Origin: Gemmatimonas sp.
GTDB taxonomy: Bacteria; Gemmatimonadota; Gemmatimonadetes; Gemmatimonadales; Gemmatimonadaceae
Direction of reading: 5' to 3'
Assembly: GCA_965279375.1 (NCBI GenBank)
Contig: OZ257156.1
Coordinates: 2,048,001 to 2,112,000, forward strand
DNA: 64,000 nucleotides
Every line of letters begins with the position of its first letter. Within the stretch, counting starts at the first letter, position 1. Positions 15,107 through 23,821 of this stretch are shown piece by piece. The translations under genes were made by a program, and so were the position numbers. The notes beneath the pieces were generated by a model. That model ran no database searches. It was given only the letters and a program-made list of their open reading frames with translations, and was not told the DNA's origin.

Positions 15107-16396
15107 CTATTGCGCGAGCAGCTTGCGATAGGCCGCCAACGCCTCGGGACCTTCGGTGACCACGCGAAACGGATCGGTGCTTTTGACGGCCGGTCCGCCG
15201 ATGCCCCAGCTGAAAATCGTCACGAGCGCCGCGCCGTGATTGAAGTGGCGCGCGAGATACGTCTCCATCGACATCTTCGAACTGCCCGCAGCGCTCCCGG
15301 GAATGACGTTCGTGCCCTCCGATGACGCCCACGCGGGTGCGCCGCGCCGTGCGCGCTCCTCTTCGATCTGCTCGAATACGCCGACCACGGGATACGTGCT
15401 GAACCCGGGGCGAGCGTTGGCATCAAACGCGACGGACGGTCGCTGGGAACTTGGTGCGAGATCGAGCGCCGTCTCGTACGTGACGCCCGACGGCACGGAG
15501 AGCGTTGCGAAATACGCGCGACTGACGAACGCGACATGCGTGTAAATGCGCGTGCGATCAATCCCCGCCTGCGCGAGTCCGCTGGTCCACAGCCCGATGA
15601 ATTCGCCAACGATCGATGCGATCTCCGCACTCACATCGGTCGGTGGTCGATTGGGTCCGAAGCCACGATTGCTGAGCGCGTGAAAGCCGACGCGGTTCTT
15701 CGTGACCACGTCCTGCCCCATGTGTGTTTCCCAGCCAGCGATCACGCCAGCAAACTGCGATTCCTTGCCCTGTGCCTTGAGCGCGGTCACGTGCGAAGCA
15801 ATCGCGGCGCCGATCACGTCGCGTGCGCGACGCGTGACCTCGGCGCGGATCCTCGGCGCGTTGAAGCACATCTTTGCTGGCGGATTGGCCCACGTCAAAA
15901 GCAGTCCGTTGCTGCGGCTTCCAGAGAAATCCGTCCACTCGACGTTGTCCGGATCGTTGATCAGGTCCGTACGCTTGCTCCAGAACATCGAGTCGTCGAT
16001 GTGGAAGCCGACCGCGATGTTCTCCGCCGCGGCGATGGCGAATCCGTCATCGATGATCCGTCGCACTTCGTCGTCGGTGTGATCGAAGGAAATAGGACCC
16101 AGCATCAAGGCCAGCTTCGTGCGTGCGCCGCCCTTCACGCCAATGGTCGTGACGATGTCGTGCACCACGGCGGCGATCCGATCGCGAGGCGTGTACACCA
16201 TGGCCCGATCAAACGGGATGGCGGGATCCGGTCCGCCTTCGAAGACCTGAAACGCGAGATAGCGAGTCTCGATTCCAGCGAGAGGTTTGAGCGCTTCCGT
16301 GGTTGGCAACGTCGACGCCACACCGGACGGTTGCGATGCGCCGCAGGCGGTCCCCAGCAGTGCAGCACTCAGCGTCGACAGCAGGGACATTCGCAT
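15107..16396 (-). CDS. Hypothetical lipoprotein, possibly a TIM-barrel glycoside hydrolase-like fold
   Basis: Lipobox LGTA-C; GWETH and WASSEG motifs resemble clan GH-A acid/base and nucleophile positions (weak). Confidence 0.7.
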   Translation of the reverse strand: MRMSLLSTLSAALLGTACGASQPSGVASTLPTTEALKPLAGIETRYLAFQVFEGGPDPAIPFDRAMVYTPRDRIAAVVHDIVTTIGVKGGARTKLALMLGPISFDHTDDEVRRIIDDGFAIAAAENIAVGFHIDDSMFWSKRTDLINDPDNVEWTDFSGSRSNGLLLTWANPPAKMCFNAPRIRAEVTRRARDVIGAAIASHVTALKAQGKESQFAGVIAGWETHMGQDVVTKNRVGFHALSNRGFGPNRPPTDVSAEIASIVGEFIGLWTSGLAQAGIDRTRIYTHVAFVSRAYFATLSVPSGVTYETALDLAPSSQRPSVAFDANARPGFSTYPVVGVFEQIEEERARRGAPAWASSEGTNVIPGSAAGSSKMSMETYLARHFNHGAALVTIFSWGIGGPAVKSTDPFRVVTEGPEALAAYRKLLAQ

Positions 16397-16580
16397 GGGC
16401 TGGCTCTGTGTTGGGGAGAGAAGGCCTCGTCGGATGGGGTCACTACGGCACCGAAATCAGTCCGGTGTCCGCAGGCGCTCAGCACCACCTAGAGGCTGTA
16501 TCTGGCCGTTACTTTGCTCGGGTGAAACCGGGTGAACTCAGAATCCGTCGTGGATCGCACCTTCACCCCGTCCCTCACCC

Positions 16581-17960
16581 ATGCGCCTGATACCTCGCCT
16601 CGCCATGCCCCTCGTCCTGACTGCGGCGTCGCTCTCCGTAGCCAACGCACAATCCGCTCCGTCCGACTCTGCGATTCGCGCGATCCTCAAGGAGCGCGTC
16701 GATGCGGGGCGCTTTGCCGGCATCGCCGTCGGTGTGGTCACGCGCGACAATCAGCGGCGCGTGATCGCCTATGGTCCGCAGGCCGGCGTGACCCCATTCA
16801 ATGGGAAAACGGTCTTCGAGATCGGATCGATCAGCAAGACGTTCACCGCCGCGATGCTCGCCGACATGGTCGCGCGCAAGCAGGTGGCGTTGAATGATCA
16901 AGTGGCCTCACTGCTTCCCAAGGGCACCGTCATTCCGGCGCGCAGCGGCAAGCAGATCACGCTGCTCGATCTGGCGACACAAAGCTCCGGTTTGCCGCGC
17001 ATGCCCGACAACATGAAGCCCAAGGACGAGAACAACCCGTACGCGGACTACACCGTCGCACAGATGTACGCGTTTCTGGCCGGTCATTCGCTCGCCAACG
17101 ATCCCGGCGCGAAGTACGACTATTCCAATCTGGGCTTCGGCCTGCTCGGTCACGCACTCGCGCTGCGCGCAGGAAAGAGCTACGAAGCGCTGATGGTTGA
17201 GCGCATCGCGACGCCACTTGGCATGACGGACACGCGCATCGCGCTCTCGCCGAGCATGCAGGCGCGTCTCGCTCCGGGCCACACGGATACGGGCAAGCCC
17301 ATCGGCAATTGGGATCTGCCGACATTCGCCGGAGCCGGCGCGATTCGCAGCACGGTGGACGACATGCTCAGCTACATCCGCGCCAACGCGGACTCCGCCG
17401 CCACGCCGCTCTCGAAGACGCTCGCGCTCACACACACGGAGCGACACGCTGGCCCGTCGGCCACCACGACGATCGGTCTCGCCTGGCATCGCACGCGCTC
17501 GCGCTCGGGCAAGACGATCGTGTGGCACAACGGTGGTACTGGCGGTTACCGCTCATTCACTGGCTATGACGAAGCGACCGGCGAGGGCGTTGTGGTGCTG
17601 ACCAACACCTCGAACAGCGTGGACGAGATCGGGATGTATCTGCTCGATCAGACGATCCCGCTTCCCAAGCCGCCCAAGGCTCGTGTCGAGGTGACGCTGC
17701 CGCAGGCGACGCTCGATGCGTACGTCGGAGTCTATGAGTTGGCGCCCACCTTCTCGATCACCATTCTGCGCGAAGGCGCACATCTCTTCGCACAGGCGAC
17801 GGCGCAACCGAAGTTCGAGATCTTCGCCGAGCGGGAGGACGAGTTTTTCGTGAAGGTGCTCGATGCGCAGATTTCGTTTACGCGCAACGCCGATCGCACG
17901 ATTGCCGGTCTCGTGCTGCATCAGAACGGCCAGAACATTCCCGGCCCGCGAAAGCCGTAG
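16581..17960 (+). CDS. Secreted serine hydrolase (beta-lactamase class C-like fold) with C-terminal DUF3471-like domain
   Basis: Signal peptide; FEIGSISK (SxxK), YSN, WHNGGTGG; LDAYVGVY C-terminal domain. Confidence 0.9.
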   Translation: MRLIPRLAMPLVLTAASLSVANAQSAPSDSAIRAILKERVDAGRFAGIAVGVVTRDNQRRVIAYGPQAGVTPFNGKTVFEIGSISKTFTAAMLADMVARKQVALNDQVASLLPKGTVIPARSGKQITLLDLATQSSGLPRMPDNMKPKDENNPYADYTVAQMYAFLAGHSLANDPGAKYDYSNLGFGLLGHALALRAGKSYEALMVERIATPLGMTDTRIALSPSMQARLAPGHTDTGKPIGNWDLPTFAGAGAIRSTVDDMLSYIRANADSAATPLSKTLALTHTERHAGPSATTTIGLAWHRTRSRSGKTIVWHNGGTGGYRSFTGYDEATGEGVVVLTNTSNSVDEIGMYLLDQTIPLPKPPKARVEVTLPQATLDAYVGVYELAPTFSITILREGAHLFAQATAQPKFEIFAEREDEFFVKVLDAQISFTRNADRTIAGLVLHQNGQNIPGPRKP

Positions 17961-17986
17961 CCGTCACGGCGTTACGGCTCGATCGC

Positions 17987-19294
17987 TCAGCGCTTCTTCA
18001 GCAGCAGCAGCACGTTGCCGACCTCACGCTCGCCGGTGGGGTCGGTCGGGGAATTGACCACCGCTCCATCGATCACCATGGTGGTTGAGCCTCCGCCATC
18101 GAAGTTCATCGCATCCCACGCTCCCAATCGCTTGAGGGCGTCCGCGAGCTCCGCGACGGTCATCCCCACGCTGCTCGTGGAGCGGCCATCCACGACCACG
18201 AGCCAGAGCGTCTTGCGGTCGCGCGAGTAGCCGATCGCGGTGCGGGGGTGCCGCGCTTCCGCATTGCGTGAGATCGTCCCTTCGATCGTCGCCGAGCTCG
18301 CGGCAACGTTCTGTCCATGGTGCAGCAGCTGCGGCCACCCGCCGATCAGCAGTTGCGGCGCGCCGTGCGCGAGTCGCGGCACGGTGGTGAGCAGCACGCG
18401 CACCGTGTCACCGTCGGCGAGTTGACGAAGCGTGGTGATGCGAGGTCCAAAGGCGGTGAGCACCGCACCATCCGTGGGAATCGCGGTTCCTGCAGACGTC
18501 GAGATGGGACCGCGACGCACGAACAGCAGCGTGTCGCCGCGATGACCGGCCGTCACGAGTGGCAATTCGACCGTGGTGACCGAGGTATCGCGCGCCGCGT
18601 CCGGGTCGATGCTGCGCGGCGTGCCCAACGGCGATCCTGCGCCGGGCGTCTGCGCACCAAAGCGTGACGTGAAGAGCGCGGTGCCTTCGTACGTGCCCGT
18701 CGTCTTTGCATTCACGCTCAGGATGGGCAGCGCGGCCCCGCGCACCAGCGCCATGCCATCGAGAATGAAACGATCGATCTGCGGGTGTCCGTCCGCATCG
18801 ATCGCAAACTGCACATGCACATTGTCGTATGTGTCGAATGGCGAGTCGGTGACCTTGAGCCCCTTCCACCACTCGCCACCGATCACCTGGTTGTTCTCGT
18901 TCTCTCCAGATTTCAGATCGAAGAAGTCGGCATTGATGGCCGCGAGCACCGCTGTGCCGGCCTCGGTGTGTCGTCGAGCGATCGTTGACGTTCGCTCACG
19001 TCCGCGCAGCGCATCCTTGCCGTGCACCTGCTGCAACGCGAGGTCGCGATGTCGCAGATCGACACGCACGATGTGCAGACGCCACGGCCCGACGGGATCG
19101 CTGACTCGGCGATAGCTCACGCCGGGCGCCAGCGTGCGCGTGGTGTCGCCTCGTGCACGGCCATCGGATGCGCTCTGTGCCGCAAGCGCGACGGGGACCA
19201 AGCACGCCAGGAGCGCGACCACGCCACCAACTGCGCGGAAAAAGGTCGATTGTAACGGTAGACTGTTCAACTGATGGCCGGTATACTCTCGCAC
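17987..19294 (-). CDS. Phosphodiester glycosidase (NAGPA-like) family protein
   Basis: AAINADFF, RHPRTAIG, VVVDGR, AMNFDGGGSTTM, N..PTD..GEREV; true start probably downstream of 19294. Confidence 0.88.
   Translation of the reverse strand: MREYTGHQLNSLPLQSTFFRAVGGVVALLACLVPVALAAQSASDGRARGDTTRTLAPGVSYRRVSDPVGPWRLHIVRVDLRHRDLALQQVHGKDALRGRERTSTIARRHTEAGTAVLAAINADFFDLKSGENENNQVIGGEWWKGLKVTDSPFDTYDNVHVQFAIDADGHPQIDRFILDGMALVRGAALPILSVNAKTTGTYEGTALFTSRFGAQTPGAGSPLGTPRSIDPDAARDTSVTTVELPLVTAGHRGDTLLFVRRGPISTSAGTAIPTDGAVLTAFGPRITTLRQLADGDTVRVLLTTVPRLAHGAPQLLIGGWPQLLHHGQNVAASSATIEGTISRNAEARHPRTAIGYSRDRKTLWLVVVDGRSTSSVGMTVAELADALKRLGAWDAMNFDGGGSTTMVIDGAVVNSPTDPTGEREVGNVLLLLKKR
19259..19287 (+). promoter_or_regulatory. 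Sigma70-type promoter of the TonB receptor
   Basis: TAGACT-17 nt-TATACT about 50 nt upstream of ATG 19336. Confidence 0.5.
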
Positions 19295-19335
19295 AACACT
19301 CCCTCCCCAATCCCCTCAGAAGAGAGGCGGTCTAC

Positions 19336-22164
19336 ATGCACCATCCCGTGAGGCGGCTGTTCGCTGCCGCGTCGCTCGCTGCGATGCTCAGTGTACCAGC
19401 GTTCGCCCAGAACACCATAACTCTCGAAGGGGCCGTCAAGGGCGACGGCGCGCCAATCGCTGGCGCTCAGATCACCGTGGTCAACGTGGCTACGCGTGAG
19501 TCGGCGCGCGCGCTGACGCGCACCAACGGTGAGTTCCGCGTCCTTGGTCTGTTCAGCGGCCAGTACACCGTGAACGTGAAGGCCATCGGCTTCCGTCAGC
19601 GCACCGACACCGTCAATCTCGCGATCGGCCAGCGTGCGCGTCTCGAGTTCTCGCTGGAGAAGGGCGCCGCCGAACTTGAAGCGCAGACGGTCACCGCCGA
19701 ACGCGTCAAGCAGGTGGAAGTGCAGCGCATGTCAGTGTCGGCGCCGGTCATGAAGGAAGAAATCGAGAATCTTCCGCTCAGCTCGCGCGGCATCATGAAC
19801 CTCGCGGGCATCGCCCCGGGCATCAAGACGTATTCGCCGCAGTCTGGGCGTACGTTGCCCTCGGGCGGCGCGGCGCCGGACCTTCGCTTCTTCAACGTCT
19901 ACATGGACGGCGTCGAAATGAAGAGTCTCTTCAACGGCAACATCGTCGGCCTCGGGCAGACGGGTTCGCCGCTGCCGCAGGAAGGGCTCGAAACGTTCCG
20001 GGTGTACGTGAACCCGTACGACGCGGAGTACACGCGCGCGGGCTCGTACGTCATCAGCGCGGAAAGCCGTCGCGGTACCAACAAGTGGCAGGGCTCCGCG
20101 TTCGGCTTCCTGCAGAACAAGAGCATGACCGCGCGCAACGCGTTTCTCCCGACGGCTTCTCCGACGCCCAACTTCGGCAAGACGCAGGCAGGCTTCAACC
20201 TTCGCGGTCCGCTGGTGAAGGACAAGCTGTTCCTCGCCACCAGCTATGAGCTGACGTCCACGGATTTCTATCTCGACGTGAATCCCGTCAGCGGCGGCGC
20301 GCAGTGGGCGAAGTACAAGGGCTCGTTCCTCGCGCCCAACAAGAACCATTCGTCGTATGCGCGCCTGACGTACGTGCAGAGCCCGCGTCTGACGTACGAC
20401 TTCATGGGCTCCGCGCGCTTCCTGCGCGGCGAAGGCAACTTCGGTGGTCGCGTGTCGCCGGACGGCGGCATTTCACAGAAGTACGAGATCTACACCGGAC
20501 AGCTCCGTCAGCGGTACATCTCGGGCGGCGGCAACTTCGTCAACGAAGCGAGCCTGCAGGCGGTGAACTGGAATCACAACGAAGCGCCGCTGGTGCCGGG
20601 CCCGCAGTTCACGTACCCGGGCATCATCACGGGCACGGCGGGCTTCCCGCTCATTCTCAAGGAAACGCATCTTCGCCTTGTCGATCGCGCCACGCTCAAC
20701 ATCGACAACGGCTCGGGCTCGCACGTGATCAAGTTCGGCGTGGAGCTGAGCCGCATCGCGGCCACGCAGGACCAGCCGAACAACACCAACGGCTCGTTCA
20801 ACTTCCTCACGGACACGTCGTCGCTGCCGAACCTGGCGTCGATCGCGGTCGGCTTCACGGACCCGACGGGCGTGTCGGACGCCGTGGCCAGCGCCACGGG
20901 TTACACGACCGGCATCTACATCAACGACGAATGGCGCATCAAGCCCAACTTCACGTTGTCGCTCGGCCTGCGTCATGACGCCGAGTTGAACACGATGAAC
21001 AACGACTACGTCACGCCGTGGTCGAAGGATCCTGTGCTGACGGCGATTCCGGAGCTCAAGAACTATCTGAACGCCGGTAACCGCAAAAACCAGCTCGGCA
21101 ACATCTCGCCGCGTGTGTCGTTCTCGTGGGACCCGTTCAAGAACAACAAGACGTTCGTGCGTGGCGGCTTCGGTATCATCTACGACCGCGTCACGAGCTT
21201 CATGGGCTTCCAGGAGCGTCGCAACTCGACGTGGCGTACGTACAACTTCACGTTCAACAACACGAACAACCTGCCGACGAAGGATCCGGCTGTGTTGCGT
21301 CAGCGTGTGATCAGCGGCCAGTCCGGCTCGCCGGCACCGATTCTCATGAACCTCGAGATGAAGACGCCGCACAGCCGTCAGATGTCGGTGGGTGTGGGCC
21401 ATCAGTTGACGCCGGAGTTCGGCGTCAACGTCGACTACGTCATGCAGCACATGGACAACCTCTATGTGCAGCGCAACCCGAACTACCTCGATCGCACGGT
21501 GACACCGGCGCGTCGCAAGCTGACGGCGTCGTTTGGCGATATCCTGTTGTGGGATGACATCGGTCAGTCCGACTACTCGTCGGTGATGGTGCAGGCCACG
21601 TGGCAGCGCAAGAAGCAGCGCGTGAACATCGCGTACACGCTTGGCTACTATCAGGGTGACTTTGACACCGCCGGCCTGCCGAACTTCGCCTATCCGTTCC
21701 TCTTCAACCGCCAGCGTACCACGGGTGACGAGCGTCATCGTCTCGTGGTGTCCAACATCACGCCGCTGCCGTTCAAGTTCCTGCTGTCGGCGGTATCGAC
21801 GTTTGCGAGCCCGCGTCCGTTTGGTCAGATCGACGGTCGCGACATCAACCTCGACAACATCGTGGGTGACGACTACCCGGGCGGCACGGTCTCCACGAGC
21901 GGCATCCGCACGGCGATGCCGGCGAATGCGTGGGTGAACTGGTATCGCACCGTCGACGTGCGTCTCGCGCGTCCGTTGTTCGACTTCAACGGCAAGAAGC
22001 TCAGCTTCACCGCGGAAGTGTTCAACGCGTTCAACTTCAAGAACAACCTGTCGTACGGCGGCACGCAGTTCACGACGACCGGCGCAACGGTTGCCACCTT
22101 CGGCGTTCCGCTCAGCTCGTACGGCGCGCGTCAGGGTCAGGTTGGCATGAAGGTCGAGTTCTAA
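19336..22164 (+). CDS. TonB-dependent receptor with N-terminal carboxypeptidase-regulatory-like domain (Oar-like)
   Basis: GAGG RBS, signal peptide, plug IENLP...YDAEY...RGTN, beta-barrel, C-terminal F (MKVEF). Confidence 0.92.
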   Translation: MHHPVRRLFAAASLAAMLSVPAFAQNTITLEGAVKGDGAPIAGAQITVVNVATRESARALTRTNGEFRVLGLFSGQYTVNVKAIGFRQRTDTVNLAIGQRARLEFSLEKGAAELEAQTVTAERVKQVEVQRMSVSAPVMKEEIENLPLSSRGIMNLAGIAPGIKTYSPQSGRTLPSGGAAPDLRFFNVYMDGVEMKSLFNGNIVGLGQTGSPLPQEGLETFRVYVNPYDAEYTRAGSYVISAESRRGTNKWQGSAFGFLQNKSMTARNAFLPTASPTPNFGKTQAGFNLRGPLVKDKLFLATSYELTSTDFYLDVNPVSGGAQWAKYKGSFLAPNKNHSSYARLTYVQSPRLTYDFMGSARFLRGEGNFGGRVSPDGGISQKYEIYTGQLRQRYISGGGNFVNEASLQAVNWNHNEAPLVPGPQFTYPGIITGTAGFPLILKETHLRLVDRATLNIDNGSGSHVIKFGVELSRIAATQDQPNNTNGSFNFLTDTSSLPNLASIAVGFTDPTGVSDAVASATGYTTGIYINDEWRIKPNFTLSLGLRHDAELNTMNNDYVTPWSKDPVLTAIPELKNYLNAGNRKNQLGNISPRVSFSWDPFKNNKTFVRGGFGIIYDRVTSFMGFQERRNSTWRTYNFTFNNTNNLPTKDPAVLRQRVISGQSGSPAPILMNLEMKTPHSRQMSVGVGHQLTPEFGVNVDYVMQHMDNLYVQRNPNYLDRTVTPARRKLTASFGDILLWDDIGQSDYSSVMVQATWQRKKQRVNIAYTLGYYQGDFDTAGLPNFAYPFLFNRQRTTGDERHRLVVSNITPLPFKFLLSAVSTFASPRPFGQIDGRDINLDNIVGDDYPGGTVSTSGIRTAMPANAWVNWYRTVDVRLARPLFDFNGKKLSFTAEVFNAFNFKNNLSYGGTQFTTTGATVATFGVPLSSYGARQGQVGMKVEF

Positions 22165-22171
22165 GCGACCG

Positions 22172-23788
22172 ATGATGACGACTTCGTCGCGCGTCAGTGG
22201 CGCAGGATACCGGTGCTCGCCGCTCAGCATTGCGCTGAGTGCGTCGTTGGTGTCCGCGTCGCTGGCCGCGGCGCAGTCGAGTATTGCACCACCTGCGCGT
22301 TTCACTGATCCGGACCGCGTCGCCAAGCTGCGCGCCGCGCTCCCGCAGGTGGACAGCGCCATGCGCGCGTTCGCCATGCAGAATCGTGTGCCCGGCATCG
22401 CGTATGGTGTGATCGTTGACGGCAAACTGTTGCATGTAGCCGCGCTGGGGCTGCGCGAGGTGCCGAGTAAGGCGATCGTTGATACGAGCTCGGTGTTTCG
22501 CATTGCCTCGATGACCAAGAGCTTCACCGCGCTTTCGATCCTGCAATTGCGCGATGCGGGGCTGGTGTCGCTCGACGCGCCGGCGGAGCGCTATGTGCCG
22601 GAGCTCAAGGCGTTGCGCTATCCCACCAGTGATGCGCCGCGCATCACGGTGCGGCACTTGCTTTCGCACTCGGCGGGTTTCCCCGAAGACAATCCGTGGG
22701 GCGATCAGCAGCTCGCCGCCACCGACGCGCAGTTGGCGGCGATGATCAAATCGGGCATTCCATTCTCGACGGCGCCCGGCACGGCGTACGAGTACTCCAA
22801 CTTCGGCTTTGCGATTCTCGGCCGTATCGTGCAGAACGTCAGCGGCATGCCGTATGCGCGATACATCCAGCAGCGCGTACTGAAGCCGCTCGGCATGACC
22901 TCCACCACCATGCAGGCACGCGACGTGCCTGCCAGTCGGTTGGCGCACGGCTATCGCTTGCAGGATGATGCGTGGCTGGAAGAGCCGGCGCTTCCGGATG
23001 GCGCTTTCGGTGCGATGGGCGGCATGCTGACCTCGTCCGCCGATCTGAGTCGCTGGGTGGCGTTGATGCTGGATGCGTGGCCGCCGCGCGATGGTGCGGA
23101 ATCGCCGGTGCTCAAGCGATCTTCGTTGCGCGAGATGCAGCAGATCGCGCGCTTCGCCGGTGCGACGTCCGCACGCAACGCAGCGGGCGTGTTGACGATG
23201 AACGCCGGTGGTTACGCCTACGGCCTGCGGGTCTCGCAGAACTGTCTCTTCGGACATGTGGTCGCGCATTCGGGCGGCCTGCCGGGCTTCGGCTCGCAGA
23301 TGCGCTGGCTGCCGGAGTACGGCGTGGGCATCGTGGCGCTGGGCAATCTCACGTACACCGGATGGACGGGAGTCCTCGATCAGGCGTTCGAGGTACTCGC
23401 GAAGTCGGGCGGACTGAAGCCGCGTGTTCCGCAGCCTGCGCCCGTGCTGCTCGCCATGCAGGAGAAGGTCACTCGGCTCGTGCAGGAGTGGAAGCAGCCG
23501 CTCGCCGACAGTGTGGCGGCGATGAATCTCTTCCTCGATGAATCCGGGCCGCGACGTGCGGCGGCGATCGGAAAACTGACTGCCGCCGCCGGTGGTAACT
23601 GCAAGGCCGTTGGGTCGATCGTCGCAGAGAATGCGTTACGTGGGCTGTGGAAGATGCAATGCGATACGGGCGCGCTGAGTGTGGGCATTACACTCGCACC
23701 CACCGAGCCGGCGCGCGTGCAGCAGTTCACCGTGGTGCCTTTGCGAGCGGATGCCGTCGTAGGGGCCGCGCCGGCCTGTCGTCAGTAG
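22172..23788 (+). CDS. Secreted serine hydrolase (beta-lactamase-like fold)
   Basis: FRIASMTK, LLSHSAG, YEYSN, HSGGLPGF. Confidence 0.9.
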   Translation: MMTTSSRVSGAGYRCSPLSIALSASLVSASLAAAQSSIAPPARFTDPDRVAKLRAALPQVDSAMRAFAMQNRVPGIAYGVIVDGKLLHVAALGLREVPSKAIVDTSSVFRIASMTKSFTALSILQLRDAGLVSLDAPAERYVPELKALRYPTSDAPRITVRHLLSHSAGFPEDNPWGDQQLAATDAQLAAMIKSGIPFSTAPGTAYEYSNFGFAILGRIVQNVSGMPYARYIQQRVLKPLGMTSTTMQARDVPASRLAHGYRLQDDAWLEEPALPDGAFGAMGGMLTSSADLSRWVALMLDAWPPRDGAESPVLKRSSLREMQQIARFAGATSARNAAGVLTMNAGGYAYGLRVSQNCLFGHVVAHSGGLPGFGSQMRWLPEYGVGIVALGNLTYTGWTGVLDQAFEVLAKSGGLKPRVPQPAPVLLAMQEKVTRLVQEWKQPLADSVAAMNLFLDESGPRRAAAIGKLTAAAGGNCKAVGSIVAENALRGLWKMQCDTGALSVGITLAPTEPARVQQFTVVPLRADAVVGAAPACRQ

Positions 23789-23821
23789 CGAGCGTTTCGG
23801 CGACCGCACACATCTCGACAG

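Noticed and set aside
19153..19335. Long N-terminal extensions in the ORF track (also 1236, 28259, 30429, 32351, 37266, 38616, 49954, 52175, 59510)
   Set aside because: Downstream starts have an RBS, a signal peptide or stop-start coupling, and the extensions overlap neighbouring genes or look non-coding.
16581..23788. Calling the two serine hydrolases beta-lactam resistance genes
   Set aside because: SxxK/YxN/HxG motifs are shared by esterases, amidases and peptidases of this fold. The context favours cell-wall catabolism.
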